Shown piece after piece: positions 1-9,548 of a DNA stretch of 34,265 nucleotides (position 1 is the first letter of the stretch; every line of letters begins with the position of its first letter). A program made the translations under genes and the position numbers. Origin of the DNA: a virus (lineage: Duplodnaviria > Caudoviricetes). Below the pieces are notes generated by a model that had not been told where the DNA came from, did no database searches, and saw only the letters and a program-made list of their open reading frames with translations. The stretch is from the IMG/VR virus record IMGVR_UViG_3300036376_000020, positions 1 to 34,265 of that record; one strand, written 5' to 3'.

Positions 1-285
1 GTGGCCAAGGCTCTCGTTGAAATCCGCTCTCTCGCTCGCAGTCACACCCGCACCGCACTCCGCGTACTCGTCGGCATCATGCGGTGCAAGGATGCAACGC
101 CAGCCGCCCGCGTCTCAGCCGCTAACGCCATCCTCGATCGCGGCTGGGGTAAGGCGACGCAACCGCTGGAGAACGGCGGCGAAGGTCCGCTTGAATTGAT
201 CCATCGGATCGAACGGGTCATTGTTCATCCGGAAGGAGAGGAGATAGGTCGCGAGAAGGACGTCTATCTGCAAAAAATATCCTGA
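1..285 (+). CDS. terS: Putative terminase small subunit
   Basis: Small helical protein with AANAILDRGWGK motif typical of phage terS-like proteins; lies upstream of the large terminase; starts at the window edge. Confidence 0.6.
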   Translation: MAKALVEIRSLARSHTRTALRVLVGIMRCKDATPAARVSAANAILDRGWGKATQPLENGGEGPLELIHRIERVIVHPEGEEIGREKDVYLQKIS

Positions 286-670
286 AATTCTCGGCAAAGA
301 CCTGCGAAGAATGCAGGAGGAGTCAACAGTACAAAGTTCGTCGCATTTCTCCGAGAACAAGGGCTGTCCGATGCCGTAAGAAACACAGATTCACCGTTTA
401 GGCGATTGAAGAGTCGGCAGGGGCGAGGGTCGGTGAGCACGCTCTGGACAACCAGCATACAATGATTGCCTCCACGCGCCGCGGGCAACTTATTCGCTTT
501 CGTCCCCACCGCCCGAAACGTTACTAGGTATCGTCACCAGTCAGCCGAGGCGAGATCTGACTTTTCCCGTACCGTTCTCGAATCTATCGAAGAGCCCATC
601 TGATCGTGATGGACGATGGACAATTTTCTTATCGACTTGCTTCACTTCAGAAGATGATCACTGAACAGGT

Positions 671-1963
671 ATGGGCGTGACTATCCTGAAAATTCCAACC
701 GCAAGAGTATTCGAGCCGCTTCTGGCGCCCTGCAGATACAAAGGGGTCTACGGCGGACGTGGCTCCGGAAAATCGCATTTCTTCGGCGAACTCCTGGTCG
801 AGACTTGTCAGGCCGAGCGCGGCACGCTTGCGGTTTGCATCCGCGAGGCGCAGCGGACGCTGGCGCAATCGTCGAAGCGGCTGATCGAGAGCAAGATCGC
901 CTCACTCGGCGTCGGTCGCGGCTTCAAACTGTTCAACGACAAGATCGAAACGCCCGGAGACGGGCTGATCATCTTCAGGGGGATGCAGGACCACACGGCC
1001 GAGTCGATCAAGAGTCTCGAGGGCTTTCGGATCGCCTGGATCGACGAGGCGCAGACGCTGAGCGCGCGGAGCCTCGCGCTGTTGCGTCCGACCATCCGCG
1101 CGGAAAACTCGGAGCTGTGGGCTTCGTGGAATCCTCGACGCAAATCTGATGCGATTGATGATTTCCTGCGTGCGCGCCAGCCGCCGGGGGCGATCGTGAT
1201 CAGTGCCAACTGGCGCGACAATCCCTGGTTTCCCGCGGTGCTGGAAGAGGAGCGCCGCACCGACCTGTCGCTCTATCCCGACCGCTATGACCACATCTGG
1301 GAAGGCGACTATGTGAGGGCATTCGAGGGCGCTTACTTCTCGCAGATGCTGGCCGAGGCGCGTGCGCAAGGGCGGATCGGAAAGGTTTCGGCCGATCCGC
1401 TGTTGCCGCTGCGGGCCTTCATCGACATCGGCGGCTCCGGCGCCACCGCGGACGCATTTGCGATCTGGGTTGTGCAGTGGGTCGGAGCCGAAATCAGGAT
1501 TTTGGACTATTACGAGGCCGTTGGGCAGGTGCTGGCGTTCCATGTCAACTGGCTGCGGTCGCGCGGCTATTCGCAGGCCATCCTTCATTTGCCGCATGAC
1601 GGCGTCAACGAGAACAACGTCACCGGAAAACGTTACGAGGATCATCTGCGCGACGCCGGCTTCACCGTCGAGCCACCGTTGAAGAACCAGGGCAGGGGGG
1701 CGGCGATGATGCGCATCGAGGCGCTGCGCCGGCTCGGCCCGAAGATCTGGTGGAACGAGGCGACGACCGAAGCCGGCAGGGACGCGGTCGGCTTCTATCA
1801 CGAGCGCAAGGATGACATTCGCAACGTCGGCCTTGGGCCCGAGCATGATTGGTCAAGCCATGCCGCCGACGCGCTGGGATTGATGGCGATCTGCTACGAG
1901 GCGCCGGGGAGGGCGGCGGGTTTCAACCGGACGATACGGTATGAGGAGCGAGGGTGGCGGTGA
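671..1963 (+). CDS. terL: Phage terminase large subunit (PBSX/P22-like)
   Basis: Walker A GGRGSGKS, Walker B IAWIDEAQ, WASWNP coupling motif, C-terminal nuclease with FIDIG and H-A-A-D-A motifs. Confidence 0.95.
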   Translation: MGVTILKIPTARVFEPLLAPCRYKGVYGGRGSGKSHFFGELLVETCQAERGTLAVCIREAQRTLAQSSKRLIESKIASLGVGRGFKLFNDKIETPGDGLIIFRGMQDHTAESIKSLEGFRIAWIDEAQTLSARSLALLRPTIRAENSELWASWNPRRKSDAIDDFLRARQPPGAIVISANWRDNPWFPAVLEEERRTDLSLYPDRYDHIWEGDYVRAFEGAYFSQMLAEARAQGRIGKVSADPLLPLRAFIDIGGSGATADAFAIWVVQWVGAEIRILDYYEAVGQVLAFHVNWLRSRGYSQAILHLPHDGVNENNVTGKRYEDHLRDAGFTVEPPLKNQGRGAAMMRIEALRRLGPKIWWNEATTEAGRDAVGFYHERKDDIRNVGLGPEHDWSSHAADALGLMAICYEAPGRAAGFNRTIRYEERGWR

Positions 1964-1999
1964 GGCCCGGCGCGGCGGCGACAGTGTTGAAAGTTGTCG

Positions 2000-2986
2000 C
2001 TATTTGTTTGCCTTCCTCGCAGCATACGCGCGCTGGGCTTCCTCGGGGCAATAGGCGACCGGTCCGCCATCGTCCCTGAATTTCTTGTCCACGGTCTTCT
2101 GCATGTGGAACGTGTTGTCATCGATCCGGCTCATCCGGACGACGTCCATGCTCAGTGTTCCAGGCTCTCGGCGAGAATTTGCTTCTGCACTTTTCTTTGT
2201 CGTGGCTGGAGCTTGCCTCGTCTCCGGCTGGCTGCAGGTCATGTTCAGGGACATCGCCGCTTGTCCCGTGTTCATCACCTCGATGACCTTGCATTGAGCC
2301 TTGCCGCTGGAGATCGAGCCGTCGGTCAGGCCGATAGCGATGTCGCCGGATTTTGCGCAGCGCTCGCTGAAATCCGGGCCGGTGCTGGCGTAGATGCCGT
2401 CCTTCGGACGCCACTGGTTCGGGCGCGATAGCTGCTCCGGAATCTTGTACTTGGCTTCTTCTATAGCGCGCTTCTTTTCGTCGATGCGCATTTGTTGCAC
2501 ATCCTCAGGGCAATAGTCGGCCTGCCAGCTTGGCCCTTTGAACTGTCCAGCAATCGTTTTTCTAACGGACATCGATTTGTGATTAATCCGGTTGAGTAAC
2601 ATGATCTCCTTGAAAGGCCGTTCGCCGGCATCAGGGTCCCGTGCCGATGTTGGCATGTTGAGATCATAGCAAGTCATATCCAATTTGATGGCTCCGGGAG
2701 CCGTATCCGATATTTTGTCGATCTTGCAGTTCCACTCGAACCCGTGGGCGTGTCGTTCGGCAAGCTCGATCGTAAAGACGCCGTGCTCCTTGCGGCAGTC
2801 AGAATCAAAATCCTTGCCCGGGCTTTCGTAATATCCGTCCGAGGGGCGCCACTTTTCCGTTGGTGACGCCGCGACGTGCTGTGCAAAAGCGGATGTGACC
2901 GCGCCCACCAGCGATGACATGACGAGGGGGAGTCCTATCCAAGTGCGATAGCTCGTTCGTTTCCAATTCAACGATGCTCTCCTCAA
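2000..2986 (-). CDS. Exported protein with two tandem homologous Cys-containing domains; candidate immunity protein for the adjacent M23 peptidase
   Basis: Signal peptide ending AFA|Q; internal duplication KWRPSDGYYESPGKDFDSDC...YCPEDVQ versus QWRPKDGIYASTGPDFSERC...YCPEEAQ; exact start uncertain. Confidence 0.75.
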   Translation of the reverse strand: MRRASLNWKRTSYRTWIGLPLVMSSLVGAVTSAFAQHVAASPTEKWRPSDGYYESPGKDFDSDCRKEHGVFTIELAERHAHGFEWNCKIDKISDTAPGAIKLDMTCYDLNMPTSARDPDAGERPFKEIMLLNRINHKSMSVRKTIAGQFKGPSWQADYCPEDVQQMRIDEKKRAIEEAKYKIPEQLSRPNQWRPKDGIYASTGPDFSERCAKSGDIAIGLTDGSISSGKAQCKVIEVMNTGQAAMSLNMTCSQPETRQAPATTKKSAEANSRREPGTLSMDVVRMSRIDDNTFHMQKTVDKKFRDDGGPVAYCPEEAQRAYAARKANK

Positions 2987-3117
2987 ACTTGGGGTCGAAA
3001 GCCCTTGGGACTCTGCGAGCTATATATCTCGCGCTTAGGTTGATCAATAGGTACAGCAGTGATCTGCGTCCGGCACCGCTTCCACTCCCCCGGACACATA
3101 CAAGGTTAGGATCATCG

Positions 3118-4209
3118 ATGTCTTGGAAAGATATGATGCGACGAGTGTTGCCACCGATCGACGGTGTCGTACCTGACATTACGAGTGGGTTTGGCGAGGT
3201 GGAAGGAAGACCGGAGAATTCAACAAAGCCTCATCGTGGGGTCGACTTTAACTATTGGGGAGTGGCCAAGCTCAATCGGAGTAACCCCGCGATGCGCGCG
3301 CCCGTCACTGGCATTGTGACACGGGCGGACAAGGGTCGGTGGGGCACAATTGCCATTCGAGATGCGGACGGCTTCTCTCACGAGATTCTGCACAGCCATG
3401 CTCAACATGTGACGGTGGGTGATCCGGTCGTCGCGGGGCAGTTGATCGGAACGATGGGCAACACAGGATTGAAAGTCAAAGATCCGAAAGACGCCAACCA
3501 CGTTCACTATCAGTTGAGAGATCCGACAGGCAAGGTTATCGATCCGAGCGCTTATTGGGATCAGCGGGAATCATTCGATCCCAGTCCGGCTCCGCCGGCT
3601 TTCTTAAATGAGCATCAGCGGTATCTGCGCATCTTGGATGCAAATCGTTCGGCAACCGCGAGCCCACCTGCAGTCAGCGAGACCACGCCTCTCCCGCGCG
3701 CCACGCGAGCGGCAGGCAACGCTTCCGCGCCGTTCGGCACGCGCGGGCAATTCGTGCCTGGCTCTGCGACGTCCTCTCAGCCGCTCTACGAAACGCGATC
3801 GTTTGTCGATCCGGCGGAAGACGTCGCAGCACGCAATGCTGGGAAGGAAGTCCGGCGCCTGGTCAGGCTTCCTGCCAGCAAGCCGGACCTCGCCGGATAC
3901 GATCCGAATGCTCCGGCCCCGTTACCGAATGAGATTTCTCCCATCGATCGTTCGACCGCCTTTGACGATCGCTTCGGAAACTGGAGTTCTTCCTCCGGCG
4001 TCAGCGCGCCGATCGCCCCCAATCAGCCGATAGCGTCGTCACCGCCGACAGGGCGTCAGCCTGGCGTCGTACCCGGCGAGCCGATGCCCGACTATCCCTT
4101 TCCACCGACACTGTTCGGATTTCCCGGCAGATCGAAGACGTCAGGCGACGACGATATTTTCTGGGCTCTGGCCCGGTCTGCCCAGTGGAACAAGAAGCCG
4201 CAGCGCTAG
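3118..4209 (+). CDS. M23 family metallopeptidase with long Pro/Ser/Ala-rich C-terminal tail, no signal peptide
   Basis: HRGVD, ILHSH and HVHYQ motifs, GxMGNTG; ATG 3118 preceded by AAGG/TAGGA. Confidence 0.85.
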   Translation: MSWKDMMRRVLPPIDGVVPDITSGFGEVEGRPENSTKPHRGVDFNYWGVAKLNRSNPAMRAPVTGIVTRADKGRWGTIAIRDADGFSHEILHSHAQHVTVGDPVVAGQLIGTMGNTGLKVKDPKDANHVHYQLRDPTGKVIDPSAYWDQRESFDPSPAPPAFLNEHQRYLRILDANRSATASPPAVSETTPLPRATRAAGNASAPFGTRGQFVPGSATSSQPLYETRSFVDPAEDVAARNAGKEVRRLVRLPASKPDLAGYDPNAPAPLPNEISPIDRSTAFDDRFGNWSSSSGVSAPIAPNQPIASSPPTGRQPGVVPGEPMPDYPFPPTLFGFPGRSKTSGDDDIFWALARSAQWNKKPQR

Positions 4210-4278
4210 CAAAAGGGCGGGGTGCGCTCCTCGTCCAACGTCGCCCATCCGATCAATTCCGAAAGCGAGTGTTCTGCC

Positions 4279-4854
4279 ATGCCCAAAATGTCCACGTCCG
4301 ATCTCAAGGCGATGCTGGCTGCCGAGAAAGCCGATGCACTGGCTGCGATCTCGGCCGCGCGGCTTTCGGAGGAGCGCGCCGATGCGATGGACTATTATCT
4401 CGGCGACATGAGCAAGGACATGCCAGCGCAGGACGGCCGCTCGCGCGCGGTGTCGACCGACGTCGCCGACACCATCGAAGGGTTGATGCCGTCGCTGATG
4501 GATATTTTTGCCGGCTCCGACGAAGTGGTGCGGTTCGAACCCGTCGGTCCGGAGGACGAGGCGGCGGCGCAGCAGGAGACGGATTACGTCAATCACGTGT
4601 TCATGCAGCAGAACCCGGGCTTCATGGTGCTCTATTCCTTCATCAAGGACGCGCTGCTTTCAAAGGTTGGCGTCGTGAAGGTGTGGTGGGAGGAGCGAGA
4701 GGAGGAGAGCCGGGAGACCTACTATGATCTAAGCGAGGACCAGTTTGCGCTGTTGGCGCAGGCGGTGGCCGAGTCGAATGGCACGATGACGATCGTGGCT
4801 CATACGGTTCATGATGCGAACTCACCGGCCTTGACGCCAAAGCAAACGACGTAA
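4279..4854 (+). CDS. Portal protein, N-terminal part (split gene)
   Basis: DYYLG...GRSRAVSTDVADTIEGLMPSLMDIF...ETDYVNHVF...IKDALLSKVGVVKVWW matches P22-like portal N-termini; own stop codon at 4854. Confidence 0.85.
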   Translation: MPKMSTSDLKAMLAAEKADALAAISAARLSEERADAMDYYLGDMSKDMPAQDGRSRAVSTDVADTIEGLMPSLMDIFAGSDEVVRFEPVGPEDEAAAQQETDYVNHVFMQQNPGFMVLYSFIKDALLSKVGVVKVWWEEREEESRETYYDLSEDQFALLAQAVAESNGTMTIVAHTVHDANSPALTPKQTT

Positions 4855-5098
4855 AGAGAACCCTACATCCGCCATTGTACAGGACTATTTATGAAATCCG
4901 GACGCTTACCGTTGATCACTTATGGCTGCCAGCGCCAAGTGTGCCCATGTCCATCGATCTGACGCGGCCATAAGCGTTGCTGAAGATTTATACAGATTCT
5001 GTGCGGGGAGTCCATGCAGCAACCCAAAGATGCATTGTTGATTGTCATCCTTGATGTATGTAGCTTTGACGAAGTCGGGTGAGCTTGCAGAGTACTGC

Positions 5099-5353
5099 AT
5101 GGAGATTGTGCTTCAGATACTGCTCGAAATGGTTGGCTACACGGTAGCACGATTGGCGCTGCCGATATTCTCGTTCGGGAAAGTTCACGTTGCTCCTCTT
5201 GCTGCTCCTGCAGGCAAGTTCAATTTGATTGGTTGTCGTCGTGATGAACGGGGGCGAGTCGAGATCGAATCGACAACCGGGGGCGTCATAGGTGTCCTGA
5301 TTTGCCTGATCGTGGCGTTTGGGCTAGCTCTGCTGATCAGAGGAAGCCTTTGA
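5099..5353 (+). CDS. Small membrane protein (candidate immunity)
   Basis: Two hydrophobic segments; directly upstream of a decayed cargo-type gene. Confidence 0.5.
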   Translation: MEIVLQILLEMVGYTVARLALPIFSFGKVHVAPLAAPAGKFNLIGCRRDERGRVEIESTTGGVIGVLICLIVAFGLALLIRGSL

Positions 5354-5467
5354 TCGTTTCCTTCCGTGAGCCAATTTGGGCGAGCAGAGCTTGCTCAGCA
5401 GTTCGGCTGTCGAACGTTCTTCGTCTGCGTCCTGCATTGAGATCGTGGATACGTAAATTCAAAGGGG

Positions 5468-6150
5468 ATGGAGAGGATCGATGTAGAATTTTTAGCGCGC
5501 GAAGCGGCAAAGAGGATCGGCGGTACGATCGTCGCCAATAAGATCGCCGGCGCTGACGAGCCAAATGGACCAGAGGTCTACGCGGATCGGATAAAGCGAG
5601 ACTTTACCTCAATGATTATGCAGACGCGTGGGCCCTCTATGACTCGGACCGTCCTCATTGGGAGAACTACCACCGTTTGCCACCAAGAGGCCCGGTGAAG
5701 AAAGAGTTCGTCCGGGACCCCGCGGCCGCGGCCGGCGTTCCAAGCCGAAACAACGTCTTCGAGTATGGGTACCCAGATTCCAGTCAGGTTCCGACTCCGA
5801 TCGGCGAATCGCAGCCGGTATGAAGGCTAAGTGCTTGGCGGGATCGTCCTGACGGAGCGGCTCGGAGGGCCTTGGCTGAGACGATGGGGGGACCGGAAGG
5901 AATTGGCGCCTTGGATGTGTGGCGGCCGACCGCTTCACCGCAGACAAATTCCAGCTTAGCGAACCGCGGCGGGCTACTCTCGCCCGCCTTTGACATGGTG
6001 TCGTCTGCCGCTCGCCCTCTCGAGTGGCAACGAGCGCCGCGAGGATTGCCCGCCATGCTGGACGAGATCGGCGGCTTCGATCTGTCGAATTCGGCGCCGC
6101 CCCGTGGTGGGCTGTTCAGCCTGTTCCAGGATTATTTTCGCAATCGCTGA
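5468..6150 (+). pseudogene. Disrupted cargo/effector-type gene, tail paralogous to 6789..7550
   Basis: Frameshift near 5603-5610 and in-frame TGA at 5821; restored frame reads FVRDPAAAAGVPSRNNVFEYGYPD...QPV*RLS...PRGLPAML...GGLFSLFQDYFRNR. Confidence 0.7.
5707..5778 (+). repeat. 72-nt coding repeat, copy 1 (FVRDxAAxAGVPSRNNVFEYGxPD)
   Basis: Near-identical peptide at 7236..7307 with mostly synonymous differences. Confidence 0.85.
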
Positions 6151-6290
6151 GCCGACGCCTTGCCGCTGAACATGTCTCGTAACTGCGCGGCAATACCTCG
6201 GTACGCGCGAACCTGCACTTGTCAGAACCAAATCTCTGCTGCGCACCGAGCGGGATCGTACGGAGACCGCAGAATGGTTAGAGTGGCCTG

Positions 6291-6725
6291 TTATGAATTG
6301 GAATACGAAATCCAGGTGATCAGGACCATGCCGACGATAGCCCATGCGAGCGCGATCAATTGATGACGCGACGCCTTCTTGAGATGATTGCGGCCGGCTT
6401 CGTTCAAACGGGCAGGGTCGATATTGACAAGGCTGTAAGATTTTGTCGGATCGAATTTGAATAACCGAGCGAGCAGGAGCATGGCGGCCAAGTATATGAT
6501 TTCCAGATAGGATGGAAACAACAGCAAGGTGCCGGCGGCCATCAACAGTTTTCGCTCTGGGCGGGACGGTGGGCTTTCCGATAGGGGAGGCCCGGGCGCT
6601 AGGTTGTTCAGTACCACGCGGATATCGTTCAGATGCTGTCCAGAAAAAAACAGCAAGCCGCACACCCAAATGACAATCAGAGCGGCAAGGAAGTAGGTCA
6701 CGTGACGGCCAGTCCTTAACAGCAT
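6291..6725 (-). CDS. Multi-pass membrane protein (candidate immunity)
   Basis: About three hydrophobic helices; divergent from 6789..7550. Confidence 0.7.
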   Translation of the reverse strand: MLLRTGRHVTYFLAALIVIWVCGLLFFSGQHLNDIRVVLNNLAPGPPLSESPPSRPERKLLMAAGTLLLFPSYLEIIYLAAMLLLARLFKFDPTKSYSLVNIDPARLNEAGRNHLKKASRHQLIALAWAIVGMVLITWISYSNS

Positions 6726-6788
6726 CCGCTGATGTTTACGAGGGGAACATAGATACCCGTTTCGAATAATTCAACCTTGGAGCGAAAT

Positions 6789-7550
6789 ATGGCACGAGAA
6801 CGCGAGGCGCGTTGGCCGGACGGCTGGTCTGCGTCCATACCACTGCCATTCCTTGGAGGCAGAGTTGGTGGAACCTATTTTTCAAATCCCGGGGCGCCAA
6901 CTGCCCCGCGCCTTACCCTGACACGCAGTTGGGGATTGCCGGGGGCAGGGCTAAACGCCGTCTTTTTGAGAGAGGGAATGACCTCGAACGATACACTTGG
7001 CCCTGGCTTCAGCGGTAACGTTTCGACTTTCCTGCCGTCGGTAAGTCTGAATGGGACGATGCTGAACAACGATATTTTTCGACCGTGGAAGACAAGGGTG
7101 ACAAGCGTAGAAGCCGGAATAGGAACGCCCAATGCGTCGCCGGCCTTTACCACAACTTACACACCGCAGCAGATCGCGGATTTCCTGACCAAATATTTCT
7201 TTTCACCGGCGAGCGGTCCTGAAGGCAAGCGCGCTTTTGTGCGCGATTCTGCCGCGGTCGCCGGCGTTCCCAGCCGCAACAACGTGTTCGAGTACGGTTT
7301 TCCTGACGCCGGTTCGGCATCGTCTGCAACGGGTCGAGCGAACGGACAGAAGCGCGAAGAAGCGATCTTCGACAATGGCGCATCTCTTGTGCCATTTGCA
7401 GTCTCGCCGGAGAGTATACCGCGCGGTCTGCCGGGCTTGCTGTTCGACAACGCGCTGGTCGATCCGTTGGGATCAGGTGCCGCGCCGGCTGGCGGGTTGG
7501 CCGGTCTCATTCAGGACTATCTGCGGCGAAACGCGTCACCCGACCGCTGA
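6789..7550 (+). CDS. Cargo/effector-type protein: Gly-rich beta-like N-domain plus conserved tail
   Basis: GGAG RBS before ATG 6789; tail motifs GVPSRNNVFEYG, FDNGASLVPF, PRGLPGLL, GGLAGLIQDYLRRN. Confidence 0.75.
   Translation: MAREREARWPDGWSASIPLPFLGGRVGGTYFSNPGAPTAPRLTLTRSWGLPGAGLNAVFLREGMTSNDTLGPGFSGNVSTFLPSVSLNGTMLNNDIFRPWKTRVTSVEAGIGTPNASPAFTTTYTPQQIADFLTKYFFSPASGPEGKRAFVRDSAAVAGVPSRNNVFEYGFPDAGSASSATGRANGQKREEAIFDNGASLVPFAVSPESIPRGLPGLLFDNALVDPLGSGAAPAGGLAGLIQDYLRRNASPDR
7236..7307 (+). repeat. 72-nt coding repeat, copy 2
   Basis: Matches 5707..5778. Confidence 0.85.
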
Positions 7551-7775
7551 GCAGCGGTGCCATGAGTCCAGCCCGCTGGATTTCGGATGCGCAGTCATCG
7601 GAAAACGCGGCTTGGTTTCAATGTGTGAAGCGTCCCGTCTTGTGACAGCGGTGCTTTCAAGCCGGACGTTATCTCTGCAGAATTTGTGCAGGCGGTGATA
7701 TGACAACCGAAAGATGGAGCGTTGATTGCAGCATGCGGAGCGTGTAACTTGATCGCTTATAACCTGGAAGCGATC

Positions 7776-8615
7776 ATGATTGCGGTTGCTAAATATTTGA
7801 GCGGAGCGTTGCGATGTTTCGTCCTGCTGATGTCAGGACTCATATGCGTCGCCGACGTTCGCGCCGATCAAGATCTCGATGCGGCGAGGTATCACCGCGC
7901 GGTCGAATACTGTCGTGGCGATGTTGTGCGGCCAATGATGCTGAGTCCGGACGGGAATATTCTCTGCATGGACGGCGTGATCATGGCGTTGCAGACGGAT
8001 CCCAGGTATATCGAGGCCCTGCCAGAAGGCGGTCTTTTCGTGGTGCGAAGTGCCGAGGGTGATGGGGCGATGGCGCTCGCATTCTCGAAACTGCTGCTGC
8101 AGCGTCGAGCGACGGTGATCATCTACGACTATTGCTTGTCGGCCTGTGCGACCTTCTTCTTTTTTGCATCAGAGCGGACATACGTCATGAAAGGCGCGCT
8201 GGTTGCGTGGCAGATCAGCCGCACCGGTTTCCCTGGCTGCCCGCTTTACAGAGCTTTGACGCGGCGCGATTTCTGGACAGTGACACGCGAGTTCTGCGAC
8301 CCACTTCCTCTTGGATTTCGAGATCGTTACGCTCAATATTACTCGGAGATGGAACAGTTTTATCTGGAAAGATCGAACAGTCCGGAATCCAAAGTTCCGC
8401 CCGCCAGCCCGCACATTTCGAGATATATCGGCAATATGGTCAAAGAGACCGGAGAGTTTCCGGACGTGTTATGGACCTTGAATCCCGCAAATCTGAACCA
8501 TTTCAAGACGAAGATTGAGTACGAGGCCTATCCGGCCAGTCAGGATGAGTTGGATGAAATCGTAGCCCGGCTGCAACTACCGCGGCTGCGCAAAAGGGTG
8601 ATCTACGATCCGTAG
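7776..8615 (+). CDS. Exported ClpP/crotonase-like fold protein, paralog 1
   Basis: Signal peptide; VVRSAEG, YDYCLSACA and VAWQ motifs; ends YEAYPASQDELD...RVIYDP like 26425..27228. Confidence 0.75.
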   Translation: MIAVAKYLSGALRCFVLLMSGLICVADVRADQDLDAARYHRAVEYCRGDVVRPMMLSPDGNILCMDGVIMALQTDPRYIEALPEGGLFVVRSAEGDGAMALAFSKLLLQRRATVIIYDYCLSACATFFFFASERTYVMKGALVAWQISRTGFPGCPLYRALTRRDFWTVTREFCDPLPLGFRDRYAQYYSEMEQFYLERSNSPESKVPPASPHISRYIGNMVKETGEFPDVLWTLNPANLNHFKTKIEYEAYPASQDELDEIVARLQLPRLRKRVIYDP

Positions 8616-9143
8616 CAAGCGTCGGCTCGGAGTCCTTCAAAGTCTGTCGGTCGCTGACTGTGAGAGCGGTTGGTGGAAGTCAGAAGTCTCGTCATACGCT
8701 TAAGTTCTCTCGTCCTGGTACTATTCACGACGGCGGAATTTTGCTGTGAGGTGGTAGCGCAGGCCTGTCGGATGTCCGCCGATGCGCTGATCGAGATCAA
8801 GGGCCGTTATCGCAAGGCTCTGAAGATGCGTGACGCCGTCTGCAGGCCGTCCGCAGAGACCATTTTGCCGAAAGTGCGTTCGCAAGGCGGAGTAGCGCTT
8901 GCCGTCTGTTGGCGGTCGTGAACGGCCGTGATCTTTGCTTCCTGGCTCGGCAAAGACTGGCTTTCATGACGACACTTTTTCGCTCGTTTCTTTCGGCCGC
9001 CTCAGGCGAACGCAAAAGTGTGGCTGTGCTCCGCGAGGGTTGGTCGCCGCGGTTTCTCATGCCGTAAGCCGCCGGACGCATCATTCCTTCCACGACCGCG
9101 CCATGGACTTTGCGGCAGACCGCTTGCAATTAGGAGGGTCAAC

Positions 9144-9494
9144 TTGACAAATCCATTTTCTGATCCTGCACACGTGCGGGCAAAGACCAAAAAGGATGCT
9201 TTGCCGGATTGGAGGCAATTTATCCCGCCGGCGTCGACTGATCGGGGTCCATACGCTCCGGTATCAATCTTGCCGGCTCTGATGCCGTTTCCAATATATC
9301 CTGCGCAGCCGGTGCCCCACGTCGACAGCTTTACAAAGCAGGGTGGACCTTCCGCTGAGCCATTTCCGCGCTTTTCGGATTTCCTGAACAGAGACGGCAG
9401 TCTCAAACCCTTCGATGCGAACGTGCCACCAGCCGGTGGTCTGCTCGGCATCATCGAGCAATATCTGCGCAACAATGGTCAACGCGGGTTCTAG
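9144..9494 (+). CDS. Small Pro-rich cargo-type protein with conserved C-terminal motif
   Basis: Strong RBS AGGAGG before TTG 9144; ends GGLLGIIEQYLRNNGQRGF. Confidence 0.65.
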   Translation: MTNPFSDPAHVRAKTKKDALPDWRQFIPPASTDRGPYAPVSILPALMPFPIYPAQPVPHVDSFTKQGGPSAEPFPRFSDFLNRDGSLKPFDANVPPAGGLLGIIEQYLRNNGQRGF

Positions 9495-9548
9495 TCGTCG
9501 GGCATACTTCGTGCAGATACGATCGGCCTCTTCACAAGCGAGATCTCC

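Noticed and set aside
2974-3117. N-terminal extension of the first M23 ORF as a signal peptide
   Set aside because: Overlaps the divergent gene start, lacks a proper hydrophobic core, and an RBS supports ATG 3118
4855-9548. Intron or split intein explaining the split portal
   Set aside because: No reverse transcriptase, homing endonuclease or intein terminal motifs visible
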